NCBI GenBank assembly: GCA_013288565.1
Contig: JABDBP010000005.1
Coordinates: 8,746-72,745 of the forward strand
Length of the DNA stretch: 64,000 bases
Source of the DNA: Alphaproteobacteria bacterium
Lineage (GTDB): Bacteria; Pseudomonadota; Alphaproteobacteria; Rickettsiales; JABDBP01
Direction: 5' to 3'
Shown: positions 49,191 to 58,359 of the stretch, piece by piece
How the letters are laid out: every line of letters begins with the position of its first letter
Numbering within the stretch: the first letter of the stretch is position 1
The notes under the pieces: generated by a model
What the model saw: the letters and a program-made list of their open reading frames with translations, nothing else
Database searches by the model: none
What the model was told of the DNA's origin: nothing
Made by a program: the position numbers and the translations under genes

Positions 49191-49865
49191 TTAAACTCCT
49201 CCAAACATGGTGTGATAAACAAGATTGATAGTTGGTAAATCGGCAACGGTTAATGCGCGAAATGTGGGTGCGGCGGCGCTGCCTGAAGCAGGCCCAGCAT
49301 AAACCGTATTGGCGTTTTCATTTGCCTTGGTGATGGTCAGGGTGCCCGAGCCGGTAATCGGCGAGCCGGAAACGCTGAATTCCGTCGGCATGGAAATAGC
49401 GACGCTGGTGACGGTGCCGCTGCCACCACCGGTCGCATCATGCCATTTTCCAGTGCCGGAATTATAAGTAAGCACGCTGTTGCTCGCGATCGAGCCACTC
49501 AAACTCACATCCCCCAGCACCGAAAGCGAAGAATTAGTAACGAACCAGTTCGTGCCGTTATAGGCGTAAATCTTGCCCTGATCTTTCACGAACAGGCTCA
49601 TTCCCGCATTCGGCACGATGAACTGCCATATCTGGTTATACCAGGCGATGTTATTCGCCTGCCCCGCCCATGCGCCAGTGGGACTCGCCGCCACTATATA
49701 TAAGTCACCGGGATTGGGAGATGATGGCGGCGTAGCAATGGTTATGCTTTTCGCCCCAGTATTCATTAGTGCATCTATCGTCGTCAATGCTTCATTGACA
49801 GTAATTTCTTTTTGTGCTTGATTCTGCTGGAGTAGGAAAAAACCTAGGTTATTTGAAGTGGTCAT
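49191..49865 (-). CDS. DUF2793-domain protein (GTA/phage-associated)
   Basis: 224 aa. N-terminal QNQAQKEITVNEALTTIDAL, PGDLYIV, and WYNQIWQFIVPNAGMSLFVKD, as recalled for DUF2793. Confidence 0.6.
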   Translation of the reverse strand: MTTSNNLGFFLLQQNQAQKEITVNEALTTIDALMNTGAKSITIATPPSSPNPGDLYIVAASPTGAWAGQANNIAWYNQIWQFIVPNAGMSLFVKDQGKIYAYNGTNWFVTNSSLSVLGDVSLSGSIASNSVLTYNSGTGKWHDATGGGSGTVTSVAISMPTEFSVSGSPITGSGTLTITKANENANTVYAGPASGSAAAPTFRALTVADLPTINLVYHTMFGGV

Positions 49866-49900
49866 ATTTTTTAACTCTTAATTTCAACTCTAAAGGAGCG

Positions 49901-50377
49901 ATGGTTATGAAAAAAGTTTCAGCAGTTGTTATTGTCACCAGTTTGGCATTGGTTTCCGGGCTTTGCCTGGCGGCATTCGATTCATCTGCGGCTAATAACG
50001 CGAAAAGGGAAGCTTGCGAAAGCAAACTTTCCGCCAAGGCACAAGACGAACTTAAAAAACGCCGCGCGGCTTTCGCCAGCCTTACCGCGGCAGAAAAGAA
50101 CGACGTAAAGGCCGCTCGTGCTGATAGCAGGGCTCAGTATTACAAGCTCTCCCTCCCGGCCCAGGCGATCTTAAAAGCGCAAAACCAAGGCAAAACGCCT
50201 AACGAATCGAATAAGGACGCGCTGAAGGAAGCCGCCTCCTACCAAACCTGGGAGAAGGAAAGGATTGGCAAACTTTCGGATAAAGAACAGACCGCCGCTA
50301 CTCCACTTTCTGCAGCTACCAAGCAGGAATTGATGACCAAATGCGGCTCAAGGAACCGCAATAGCAGCCAGTCCTAA
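49901..50377 (+). CDS. secreted helical hypothetical protein encoded opposite to the phage-like genes
   Basis: AAGGAG RBS. Signal peptide MVMKKVSAVVIVTSLALVSGLCLAAF. Lys/Ala/Glu-rich mature part. The 3' end overlaps the g15-like stop by 4 nt. Confidence 0.55.
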   Translation: MVMKKVSAVVIVTSLALVSGLCLAAFDSSAANNAKREACESKLSAKAQDELKKRRAAFASLTAAEKNDVKAARADSRAQYYKLSLPAQAILKAQNQGKTPNESNKDALKEAASYQTWEKERIGKLSDKEQTAATPLSAATKQELMTKCGSRNRNSSQS

Positions 50378-53300
50378 ATATTGGCACTCCCCGGCCAGCC
50401 GCGCCCAACGATTGCGGAAAGCTGGTAGACATTAACCGAAACGCTGCTTTGTAGACTGCCGAAATCGGTTGTCTGTAGGGTAGCGCTGTAATAGGCCGAA
50501 GGCGAGGTGATCCCGGAAATTGTCCTGACCACGTTGGTTCTATTCATAATATCCACGCTGTAGGCTTCTGTTTCCTCCGAAAGCGGAACATCTGAATAAT
50601 CCAGCCATGCGCCGCCAACCCGCGTCCTTCTTATCCAGTTCATCGTGAGATTCCCAGAACCGTCCCGCAATCCACTGATATTCACCGGTGAATAAGGTTT
50701 TAAACATAGTGCCTGATAGGTGAAATCCTGCTCGGTGACATCGCTCAAATCCTGCCCGAAAGTGCCGCCTTTGTATTGGCGCAAAACATTTATCAGCGCC
50801 GTTGGATAAGCCGTGGAAACTATGCTGTTATCAAGCAGCGTGAAATTTTCCCCCGCGGCATGGCTTGAAATCTGCCCTTCCGTCCCCAGCCGCCCGCGCA
50901 AAAGCGTACTCAGCATATATTTATTGGGCGCAACCAAAGTCGCATTCTGGAACTGGATTATTTCATTCCCGAGGAGTGCGGTGTTCGCACCATTCAGTAG
51001 CGAAAGCCGGTCGGTACTTGCCAATTCGCCGGAAACTAATATTACCGTAACCGTATTTATTATATCGAAAACACAATAATTTGCCGGCGCCGCGAGAACC
51101 GTCGAAGCCTGGCCTGTCGTCCCGGCAACGCTTATAGTGGCAATTGGCGAATATGAATTCCCGCCATCGTCAGAACGGAAAACCTTCGCTCCCGACCATC
51201 CGGTCTGCAACCCCGCACCGGAAAACCGCAGATACGGCTGGTTCCATGCATCACCGGGATATGCAGAAATATCCAGAATACCCAAATCGGTGGCTGCAAT
51301 GGCAGGAATCGCCGCCGTAGTAGGAGCAGCGACAACCGGGGTACTGTGAATATTATAAATCGAAATATTTTCCGCCACGCCCGTAACTTTGGTCACACCC
51401 GCCTTGGAATAATGCGCGTCGGTAATACGGATCGTATGCACCGCACCGTTATCTGCCGTGATCGTTATCACATCTGCTGGATCGAGATAACTATATTGCT
51501 GCGGCAAATAAAACTGATAGCTGGTCCGCCCCATCCAGTAACTGTAAAGCGTAGTATCAGCGATATTTTTTGCTTCCTGATCGGTCAGCACTATCGGCAG
51601 ATTGACGGTTAGCTTCGCCACACTTTCAGTGGTGATTTTTTCCGAATGCTGGTTGCATGGCTGATAATCGATGGCGTAGCTTAAATAATTCACGTCCACT
51701 TTCTGTGGCAGCGCAACTTCCATGTCGCGCTTGATCGCAAGCGGCATATCGGATTTATCGGTTCTGGCCAGGCTATCCTCCGCGATAGTCAGCGCCGAAG
51801 CATTACCGCGCGGGATAAATTTCAATATCCCGTCGGTTTCCACTGCATCGAAAAAATACGCCGCTTGCAAAGTTTCGATCGCGCCGCGGAAAGTTCCCTG
51901 CGAAACTATCGTGTACCCATCAACTTCCTGGGTGAGTCGGCTCACATCGAAATCGGTTTCTTGCATTCCGGCGCGCAGGCAAATATCGGCAACGATGGCA
52001 CCGAGATCGGAAATCCCGAGTTTCCCCTCCACCCAATGTCCATATTGCCACAGCGGACCGTCAGTCCACACATTCACCAGATTTGGCCAATAAGGAAACG
52101 GTCGGGCATCCCAAGTCCAGACGAATTTCTGCTGGATCATTGATGAACCAGCCCATTGCAATTCTGTGCCGATAAGGCCGATGCGCTGCGCCATGAAATC
52201 TATATGTCCCTGCGAAAAATATGGCAACCCGCCCTGTACTGAATTCGGATCATAAAAAATATTCGGCTGATTGGTCGCGCAATCGACGCTCGGGAACCCG
52301 TATTCGGTGAACCAGATCGGTTTGGAATTTGGCACCCAGGAAGTTATCGTGCTATCAGGGTTCACATGGTGATTACTCCACCACCAAGCAATGTTTTTCC
52401 AAGCGTAAGGCGCGGAAAGCGAAGCCTGGATGGTGCGTGGCGTGTCGGTATAATAAAAGCTCCATCCCTCCCCGCTCGTCCAGCCATTGATGACTTCCTG
52501 AACATTATAATCCTCCACCGTTTTTGCCGTCAGCGGGAAATATGCGTCAATTCCTACCACGTCGATATTCGATGATGCCCACAGCGGATCAAGGTTATAC
52601 CAGCCTCCGGTTGTATGATGATATTCACTCCAATCGGCAGCGTATGTAACCTTCACGCTTGAACCTAAAATTCCCTTCACCGTTGCTGCGAGCGATACCA
52701 GTGCATCCACCGCCGGATAATCGGTTCCAGTTCCCGCCACGCTAGTCAGCCCGATCAATTCAGAGCCGATGACGAACGCATCGACGTATCCGTTTACCAG
52801 ATTCGCATAGTGCTCAACGAAGGTGTTGTATCCGTTGGTTTTCGTGAAAAAATTCGCAACGTCGGTGGCACTTCCTGTCACTTTTCCGCGCCAGGGCTTT
52901 CCGGTCACGTCCATGAAAAACATCGGGTAGAACATGATTTTATAACCGCTATTTCTGAGTTGCGTCAGATAGCGTAAAACCCCGGCATCATTCGGTGTTC
53001 CGCCATAAATCGGATCACCGTTGGAATCTAGCGTAATCTGGTGCGCGGTTGAGCGCATGAAGCTTCCAACGCTCCATATATCCGGCTCGGTCGTAGCACC
53101 GGTTTGATATTCCACTCCCGGAACAATCGTGCAGCTTCCGGCATTGGTGGAATTCCCGAACCACGTCACCACCAGCGCCACCCACTCAACATTCGGCAAT
53201 GTCTGCTGCAACTGCGAAAGCGCCACCAACGAATCCGCCACGCCGCTGCCGTTATTCCGGTTTATCGGCACCGAGGTTCCACTCTGCGCGAATCCGCTGC

Positions 53301-54051
53301 CGACCGTTTCGCCCTCGACTTTGGTTTCGACGACTGTGTCGTACACAAATTCACCGGAGCCGGGGATCATCACGATACCGCTGATGATTTCTTCCAGCGA
53401 TTGCCCGCTGCCGTTATCCACGGGCTTCGCGCGCTTCTTCACCTCAAAAGTGAAATTCGGGATGCGGTTGCCAAACGCCGCCAACGGGAAATTCTCGACA
53501 AAAACATAAGCGAGCCCCCGATATGCTGGCGTCGTCCCCACGCCTTGCACGCTCTGGATATAAGTATCCGGCTCCTGCGTTTCGCTGCCGGTATAAACGC
53601 GGTACGTTCCCTGGCTGGTATCGAGTAGCAGCGCATCCGCCCAAATGCGGATCACTTCGTCGATTTGCCCTAAGCAAATCCCGATAGCCATAGTGACGGA
53701 ATAGCTGTAGGTGGTTTCGCTGTTCGATTGCACCAGCCCGCCGCCCTTGCCGCCGCCGATGGAAGTCGTCGTCGCGGTCTGATGAATCTGCTCTGCCCAG
53801 ATCACGTTCCCCGCCACGCGCATATTGCCGTAAACGATGGGAATCATTTTCCCGTAAGTCGAAGTCTGCACCGAAAGATCGGCGAGCTGTAAGCCCTGGC
53901 GCGACGCGGGAAGGATTTTATTATCGATGGCGTTGCCGACGTAAGTTGCGCCGATGCGCAAGGCGGAATTCAGGAACGGCCCGAAAATCCCGCCGCTGCC
54001 AATATCACCCGCCACCGCGCCAGCCGCTGCGGTTAAAATTAAAGTTGCCAT
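50374..54051 (-). CDS. RcGTA g15-like large tail/host-specificity protein
   Basis: 1225 aa. N-terminus MATLILTAAAGAV...QTSTYGKMIPIVYGNMRVAGNVIWA and a central TIM-barrel-like region (WFTEYGFPS), as recalled for GTA g15 homologues. Confidence 0.8.
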   Translation of the reverse strand: MATLILTAAAGAVAGDIGSGGIFGPFLNSALRIGATYVGNAIDNKILPASRQGLQLADLSVQTSTYGKMIPIVYGNMRVAGNVIWAEQIHQTATTTSIGGGKGGGLVQSNSETTYSYSVTMAIGICLGQIDEVIRIWADALLLDTSQGTYRVYTGSETQEPDTYIQSVQGVGTTPAYRGLAYVFVENFPLAAFGNRIPNFTFEVKKRAKPVDNGSGQSLEEIISGIVMIPGSGEFVYDTVVETKVEGETVGSGFAQSGTSVPINRNNGSGVADSLVALSQLQQTLPNVEWVALVVTWFGNSTNAGSCTIVPGVEYQTGATTEPDIWSVGSFMRSTAHQITLDSNGDPIYGGTPNDAGVLRYLTQLRNSGYKIMFYPMFFMDVTGKPWRGKVTGSATDVANFFTKTNGYNTFVEHYANLVNGYVDAFVIGSELIGLTSVAGTGTDYPAVDALVSLAATVKGILGSSVKVTYAADWSEYHHTTGGWYNLDPLWASSNIDVVGIDAYFPLTAKTVEDYNVQEVINGWTSGEGWSFYYTDTPRTIQASLSAPYAWKNIAWWWSNHHVNPDSTITSWVPNSKPIWFTEYGFPSVDCATNQPNIFYDPNSVQGGLPYFSQGHIDFMAQRIGLIGTELQWAGSSMIQQKFVWTWDARPFPYWPNLVNVWTDGPLWQYGHWVEGKLGISDLGAIVADICLRAGMQETDFDVSRLTQEVDGYTIVSQGTFRGAIETLQAAYFFDAVETDGILKFIPRGNASALTIAEDSLARTDKSDMPLAIKRDMEVALPQKVDVNYLSYAIDYQPCNQHSEKITTESVAKLTVNLPIVLTDQEAKNIADTTLYSYWMGRTSYQFYLPQQYSYLDPADVITITADNGAVHTIRITDAHYSKAGVTKVTGVAENISIYNIHSTPVVAAPTTAAIPAIAATDLGILDISAYPGDAWNQPYLRFSGAGLQTGWSGAKVFRSDDGGNSYSPIATISVAGTTGQASTVLAAPANYCVFDIINTVTVILVSGELASTDRLSLLNGANTALLGNEIIQFQNATLVAPNKYMLSTLLRGRLGTEGQISSHAAGENFTLLDNSIVSTAYPTALINVLRQYKGGTFGQDLSDVTEQDFTYQALCLKPYSPVNISGLRDGSGNLTMNWIRRTRVGGAWLDYSDVPLSEETEAYSVDIMNRTNVVRTISGITSPSAYYSATLQTTDFGSLQSSVSVNVYQLSAIVGRGWPGSANI

Positions 54052-54062
54052 AAATCTATTTT

Positions 54063-54086
54063 GTCATTCCGGCGAAAGCCGGAATC
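54063..54086. repeat. REP-type palindromic element overlapping the 3' end of the g14-like gene
   Basis: gtcattccggcgaaagccggaatc. On the minus strand it encodes the last codons (..SGFRLSPE) and the TGA stop of the NlpC/P60 gene. Confidence 0.75.
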
Positions 54087-54552
54087 CAGAATCAAAAAAA
54101 CTATAAACTCCGACGATTTTTTCCCGCCAATAATCATCCAGCCGGTGTTCTACCACCTGCCCAACCTGGCGGAAGCAATGGATTAATCCAAACCCACCGG
54201 GATAATCACTGATGATACCGAGATGCTGCGGATTGCGCCCGAATTTCAGCAGCAGAACATCGGCCATATCCATATTTTTCGCATCGACCGGATAGAGCAG
54301 ATTTTCTAATCTCTCCTGCAATTTTTTCCCGTTCGGAATGCGCGTATATGCGGTATCGTCGAACTGCGAAAGGAACGCACGGGATTTATTCTTGGGTGAG
54401 TGCATTTGCAAATCCCTGGCAACACCGACCAGTAGGCCCAAACAATCGCACCCGCCATGATTTGCCGCGGATTTTTTCAGGCGTCCCTGATGATGGAATT
54501 TCGTCCCGATCCAACTTCTTGCCTCGGTGATAATTTGTTCGCGTGTGGTCAT
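54064..54552 (-). CDS. NlpC/P60 family cell-wall peptidase (RcGTA g14-like)
   Basis: Start at MTTREQII (the earlier MTIAK codons come from the REP element). Motif GGCDCLGLLVGV with the catalytic Cys, and LGIISDYPG..LIHC with the His. Confidence 0.8.
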   Translation of the reverse strand: MTTREQIITEARSWIGTKFHHQGRLKKSAANHGGCDCLGLLVGVARDLQMHSPKNKSRAFLSQFDDTAYTRIPNGKKLQERLENLLYPVDAKNMDMADVLLLKFGRNPQHLGIISDYPGGFGLIHCFRQVGQVVEHRLDDYWREKIVGVYSFFDSGFRLSPE

Positions 54553-54562
54553 TTTTGCTATT

Positions 54563-54634
54563 GTCATTCCCGCGCAGGCGGGAATCTATATTCAAGAATT
54601 CGTGGTTATGGATCCCCGCTTTCGCGGGGACGAC
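54563..54634. repeat. pair of REP-type palindromic elements in inverted orientation between the g13- and g14-like genes
   Basis: gtcattcccgcgcaggcgggaatc (54563-54586) and gatccccgctttcgcggggacgac (54611-34). Confidence 0.75.
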
Positions 54635-54635
54635 A

Positions 54636-55484
54636 CTAAGTGGAGCGTGTCCCAGAAGTAGTGAGAACCGCATCTGTCCCGGGAATAAATGGCTCGCCGC
54701 GGAAATTCACGGCGTTGTTGAACCGCGTGCAGCAAGTGGTGAAAGTCTTGTCGCAACCCGCCTTCATGCTGTAAGTATCGCCGATCGAAATGGTATAATA
54801 TGCGGGCAACGCCAGCGTGATTTGCGTGCCGGCAAAATTCATCACATCCATGCTGCGCCCGCTGTTCAACCCGCTGGTGAAGGTAATAACCCCGGCACTG
54901 AAATATCCGCTTGCCTCGGTGCGCGACGAATCGGAAAACACGCTGTTGCTGACAACTGCCGTCACCGTCCCGGTTTTGCTGAAAGGCGTCATATTTATCG
55001 TGCAATTCGCATCGCCAAGTTGTGCACGGCAAGCGCCAGAATATAACGCTCCCATAGTGCCAGAGAGTCGCTGGGTAAGGCCGCGCACCTCGGCGGTGAA
55101 TTGGTTTTTGTTGAACGAAACTTCGCCAATGAAACCGCGTTTCAGGTTCATCTGGCCTTGCGTCAACTCGCTGTAATTTACGATAAAAACTTCCATTTCC
55201 GCGTAATCATAACGCCCGGAAAGTATATCATCCTCCTTGATGACCACTGAATCTATGATCCCTTCCACGTCCAGATTATCTACCGAAAGATCGGAGTTGG
55301 ACGCAATGGCAGTCGGAGAAAATCCAGTCGCAGCTAGGTACGTCACACCGCTGTAAATAATATTTTGGTCATGGTCAGTGAAACCCAAAACCGTGGAATC
55401 AGTGAGCGTCAACTTCCAGCAAGTCGCAATGGTGGTAACATCCCCGGCGATGTGCGCCTGGAGTGCGGTGCTTATGGTTTTCAT
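54636..55484 (-). CDS. DUF2163 / BR0599-family protein (RcGTA g13-like tail hub)
   Basis: 282 aa. TALQAHIAGDVTTIATCWKLTLTDSTVLGFTDHD and a C-terminal CDKTFTTCCTRFNN Cys cluster. Confidence 0.8.
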   Translation of the reverse strand: MKTISTALQAHIAGDVTTIATCWKLTLTDSTVLGFTDHDQNIIYSGVTYLAATGFSPTAIASNSDLSVDNLDVEGIIDSVVIKEDDILSGRYDYAEMEVFIVNYSELTQGQMNLKRGFIGEVSFNKNQFTAEVRGLTQRLSGTMGALYSGACRAQLGDANCTINMTPFSKTGTVTAVVSNSVFSDSSRTEASGYFSAGVITFTSGLNSGRSMDVMNFAGTQITLALPAYYTISIGDTYSMKAGCDKTFTTCCTRFNNAVNFRGEPFIPGTDAVLTTSGTRST

Positions 55485-55494
55485 ATTGACAAGA

Positions 55495-56094
55495 TTAGAT
55501 TTTTATTTCCACAATCGGAATATTCAGCCAAGAATTGCTACCGTAGGAATCAAGCGTGGCCGCTAGCTTGTCGGTATCGAATCTGACCGGTACATCGAAC
55601 TGGAAATCCGCAGTTATCGCCACGCCGGAACCGGGCGCGGTGGAAAAAGTCACTGACCCCGTCGTAGTATCGTAAGAAACGCCGGAATTCTGCACCACGC
55701 TATTTAAATAAACCACCACCGTTCCCGCCACCGGCTTTTTCACATTCCGGTTTTCGCTGATCCCGCCATTGACATAAGTTTTCACCAATTGGAAAATTTT
55801 CGTCGTCCCGTTCCCGGTACCGATATTTTGCCCGATGATTGAATAATCCGTCCAGTCCTTGAATCGAAAACCGTAGGCGCGGCCTTTGCGCGCGCGGAAA
55901 AATGCAATCAGCGCATTCAACTGTGTCTGCGTCTTCACGCCATGCGCTACATTGTATTTCGCTCGCGCTTCTGCCCAGTTGACGTTGCGCTGCTCATAGC
56001 CGCTGTTCAGCTCAACCACATCGGTTGAATATTCCGGCCCACCGGTTGAACCATAGGAGATGTCGGCGGGAAATTGCACTTCCACGAATGACAT
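55495..56094 (-). CDS. DUF2460-family protein (RcGTA g12-like distal tail protein)
   Basis: 199 aa. MSFVEVQFPADISYGSTGGPEYSTDVVELNSGYEQRN matches the recalled family N-terminus. Confidence 0.8.
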   Translation of the reverse strand: MSFVEVQFPADISYGSTGGPEYSTDVVELNSGYEQRNVNWAEARAKYNVAHGVKTQTQLNALIAFFRARKGRAYGFRFKDWTDYSIIGQNIGTGNGTTKIFQLVKTYVNGGISENRNVKKPVAGTVVVYLNSVVQNSGVSYDTTTGSVTFSTAPGSGVAITADFQFDVPVRFDTDKLAATLDSYGSNSWLNIPIVEIKI

Positions 56095-56123
56095 AGGATA
56101 AAATTTTTCTTGAGAGTTAAGAA

Positions 56124-56582
56124 TTAATGGGAGGGAGTGAAATCATCATCGCCGGGAAATTGCTCCACCTGCTCCGTGTGCGATTTATGATGCTTATGCT
56201 TTTCCGTATGCGGTTTGTGGTGCTCATGGTGATGCTCTGTCTTCGCATGGTGTTCATGATGATGGTGATGTTGATGCCCGTGTCCGTGATGAGAATGCGC
56301 CGCCGCGGGACCTTTACCGTGCAAGTGGTGTAGATTTAAAAACCTGCCGTCGGTCAGATGCCGTTGCAGCGTTTCGTTCACCCTTGGGCCTGCATCCTCC
56401 CCCATATCGGCCAAAGCTTCTAATATCAGGTTCAGCTTATTCAAGTATTTATCGATTTTCCTGGCGAATTCTTTTTCGTGCGGTAAATGCTCTCCCCCCC
56501 GCTTATTTTTTTTGCGGCGTTTTTGGAACCTTTGGATCTGGGGCAGGAGCAACCACTTTGGGTGCAGCCAGTCTATGAGCAT
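56124..56582 (-). CDS. histidine-rich hypothetical protein at the position expected for the tail chaperone and tape-measure genes
   Basis: 152 aa. AGGGGAG RBS 8 nt upstream of the ATG. Basic/helical N-terminal half. C-terminal HSHHGHGHQHHHHHEHHAKTEHHHEHHKPHTEKHKHHKSH tract. Confidence 0.6.
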   Translation of the reverse strand: MLIDWLHPKWLLLPQIQRFQKRRKKNKRGGEHLPHEKEFARKIDKYLNKLNLILEALADMGEDAGPRVNETLQRHLTDGRFLNLHHLHGKGPAAAHSHHGHGHQHHHHHEHHAKTEHHHEHHKPHTEKHKHHKSHTEQVEQFPGDDDFTPSH

Positions 56583-56666
56583 AATTTTTTACTCCCCTAG
56601 CTAATAATACCACAAAATTCCAAACCCTTTGTAACACTTTTATTAAGATTTTTATCAGAACCATGT

Positions 56667-57077
56667 TTACCCCCTTGTGTATGTGATATTTCCAGCGCTT
56701 TGCAACGTGATCGAATAGATTTCCGCATCACCGTATTCCCCTGATTTTTTAAAGGAATTCACGGCAAAACTGCCGAGTAACGTGTCTCCATTGCCGAAAG
56801 TGAGCCGATAATCGTTGATGCCAGCGTTGAAGGCATTTTCCCTTAAATTTTCCTCCGCCGCCGAATTGGTGAAAATCCCGGAAGCGTCAATGGAAAGCGA
56901 CTGTATCCCGCCGGAAATCGCCCTTTGCCACTGGCCGGATTCTAGGTTGTTGCTGACCAGTATTTTATTGTTCAGCTTGAATTCGGTGGTTTTTAAGCCT
57001 CCGACGGTGGTGAAATTCTCTGGGCTTGCGCCGTCGCCAATCTGGAGCAGAAATAATGTACCGCTTTGCGCAGCCAT
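56667..57077 (-). CDS. phage major tail protein, TP901-1 family (RcGTA g9-like)
   Basis: 136 aa. GTLFLLQIGDGASPENFTTVGGLKTTEF....SGIF. Confidence 0.8.
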   Translation of the reverse strand: MAAQSGTLFLLQIGDGASPENFTTVGGLKTTEFKLNNKILVSNNLESGQWQRAISGGIQSLSIDASGIFTNSAAEENLRENAFNAGINDYRLTFGNGDTLLGSFAVNSFKKSGEYGDAEIYSITLQSAGNITYTRG

Positions 57078-57078
57078 A

Positions 57079-57483
57079 TCAACCCTCCTCCGTCAGCGCT
57101 TTGAACTTCACGGCTGCCTCATAGGTCACGCCATCAGCCATACGTTTTATCTCTATGTTTTGAAAAGTGAGATTAGTTATGGTGTGCCCGGTCATGATGA
57201 TGGTCGCCCCGCGCAGCGTATCGGTCGCCCGCGAGATTATTCCGAGCAGAGCCGTGTCCTGCATATCGCGTGAATAGGCTTTCAAAGTTAGGCTGCACGA
57301 CGCTCCATTGCTGGTTTTGGTCGACCAATCGGCAGCAGTTATTTCGTTCACCACCAGATACGGAAACCCCGTCCCTTGCGGTACATATTCATAAATCCCC
57401 GTCACCATTGCGGTCAAAGTGGAATCGGCGCTAAGTACCCCGTAAACCGCCTTTTGCAATTGGAAAATTACGTCTGAACTCAT
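57079..57483 (-). CDS. DUF3168 tail-completion protein (RcGTA g8-like)
   Basis: 134 aa. LQKAVYGVLSADSTLTAMVTGIYEYVPQGTGFPYLV. Confidence 0.75.
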   Translation of the reverse strand: MSSDVIFQLQKAVYGVLSADSTLTAMVTGIYEYVPQGTGFPYLVVNEITAADWSTKTSNGASCSLTLKAYSRDMQDTALLGIISRATDTLRGATIIMTGHTITNLTFQNIEIKRMADGVTYEAAVKFKALTEEG

Positions 57484-57815
57484 GTGTCCATTTTCTCCCC
57501 TAATATCTCCAGCATTTCGTTTTTCAGGCCGCTGTTGATTATCGAACGGATGTTGTAGTAATCGCCGGAAAACGAAATCCGCATAGTGGGAGTCACGCCG
57601 TCCAGGTAGCGAATGGTGAAAGTTGCATACTGCACCTCCTCCATGTGGTCAGAATCGAATATTTCCCTGCCGGTTGCTGGCACCACTTCCGCCCAGACAG
57701 TCGCGAACGTATTCCAACTGGTGGTGAATCCACCAGCCCCGTTCGCGGTCATTGTCGGCGACTCAATAGTAATCTGCCGGTTCATGCGCGAGGCGAGATT
57801 TAAAATTCCGCTCAT
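57480..57815 (-). CDS. head-tail adaptor / head-closure protein (RcGTA g7-like, SPP1 gp16 family)
   Basis: 111 aa. MNRQITIE...WNTFATVWAEVVPATGRE...TFTIRY. Confidence 0.75.
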   Translation of the reverse strand: MSGILNLASRMNRQITIESPTMTANGAGGFTTSWNTFATVWAEVVPATGREIFDSDHMEEVQYATFTIRYLDGVTPTMRISFSGDYYNIRSIINSGLKNEMLEILGEKMDT

Positions 57816-58357
57816 ATCCTCATCACCTTATATTGGTCGTAAAGCGCGGTGATTGGGTCTTTCAGTGAAACACTCATTGAGCGGTTCTCATACATGTCAG
57901 CGATATGTGAAAGCATTCCGGTCAGAAGCGGCTGCGGCACGTTGGTTTCCGCGGCTCCATATCCTGCCTGGTAGGTGACTTGGATTTCGTGCCCAAGCGG
58001 TATCGCATCGAATACAACCACATCGCCCAGCGCACTCACATAATAGCTGGTAAAACTTTGCACACTGCTATCCCGGTGCACGATGTTCACCGAAGTCACC
58101 GATTGCACCGGCCCGCGGGGCAGGAAAACTTTCCTTGGGACGAAATGATCGTAGGAAAGCATCCAGGTCTGGGTAATGAATGAGCGCTTGGTGTAACTCT
58201 CAGCGATTTCCCTCGCCGCCGTGATCAGCCCGGTAATCAGGCTATCCTCGCTGGTAGTGCTCACGCGCAAATAGAGTTTGGTTTCGCTTAAGCTCAACGG
58301 CTCTATAGAGGGCGGCGTCACTAAAGTCAGCCCAGGTATGTGGTCATAATCAGGCAT
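57812..58357 (-). CDS. head-tail connector protein (gp6-like, RcGTA g6-like)
   Basis: Start at MPDYD. LSLSETKLYLRVSTTSEDSLITGLITAAREIAESYTKRSFITQTW. Confidence 0.75.
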   Translation of the reverse strand: MPDYDHIPGLTLVTPPSIEPLSLSETKLYLRVSTTSEDSLITGLITAAREIAESYTKRSFITQTWMLSYDHFVPRKVFLPRGPVQSVTSVNIVHRDSSVQSFTSYYVSALGDVVVFDAIPLGHEIQVTYQAGYGAAETNVPQPLLTGMLSHIADMYENRSMSVSLKDPITALYDQYKVMRI

Positions 58358-58359
58358 GA

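Noticed and set aside
54386-55046. ORFs 54386-54673 (-) and 54543-55046 (+) spanning the g13/g14 junction.
   Set aside because: Their distinctive peptides (VVPAKAGIH, RLRGNDN, SFPRRRESI) are translations of the REP palindromes. The remainder is antisense or out of frame to the g13- and g14-like genes.
56480-56520. Programmed frameshift (G/GT-like tail chaperone) at the A8 and G7 runs near the 5' end of the His-rich gene.
   Set aside because: I translated both alternative frames by hand. The -1 frame hits TAA immediately and the +1 frame stops after about 20 codons, so no extended frameshift product exists.
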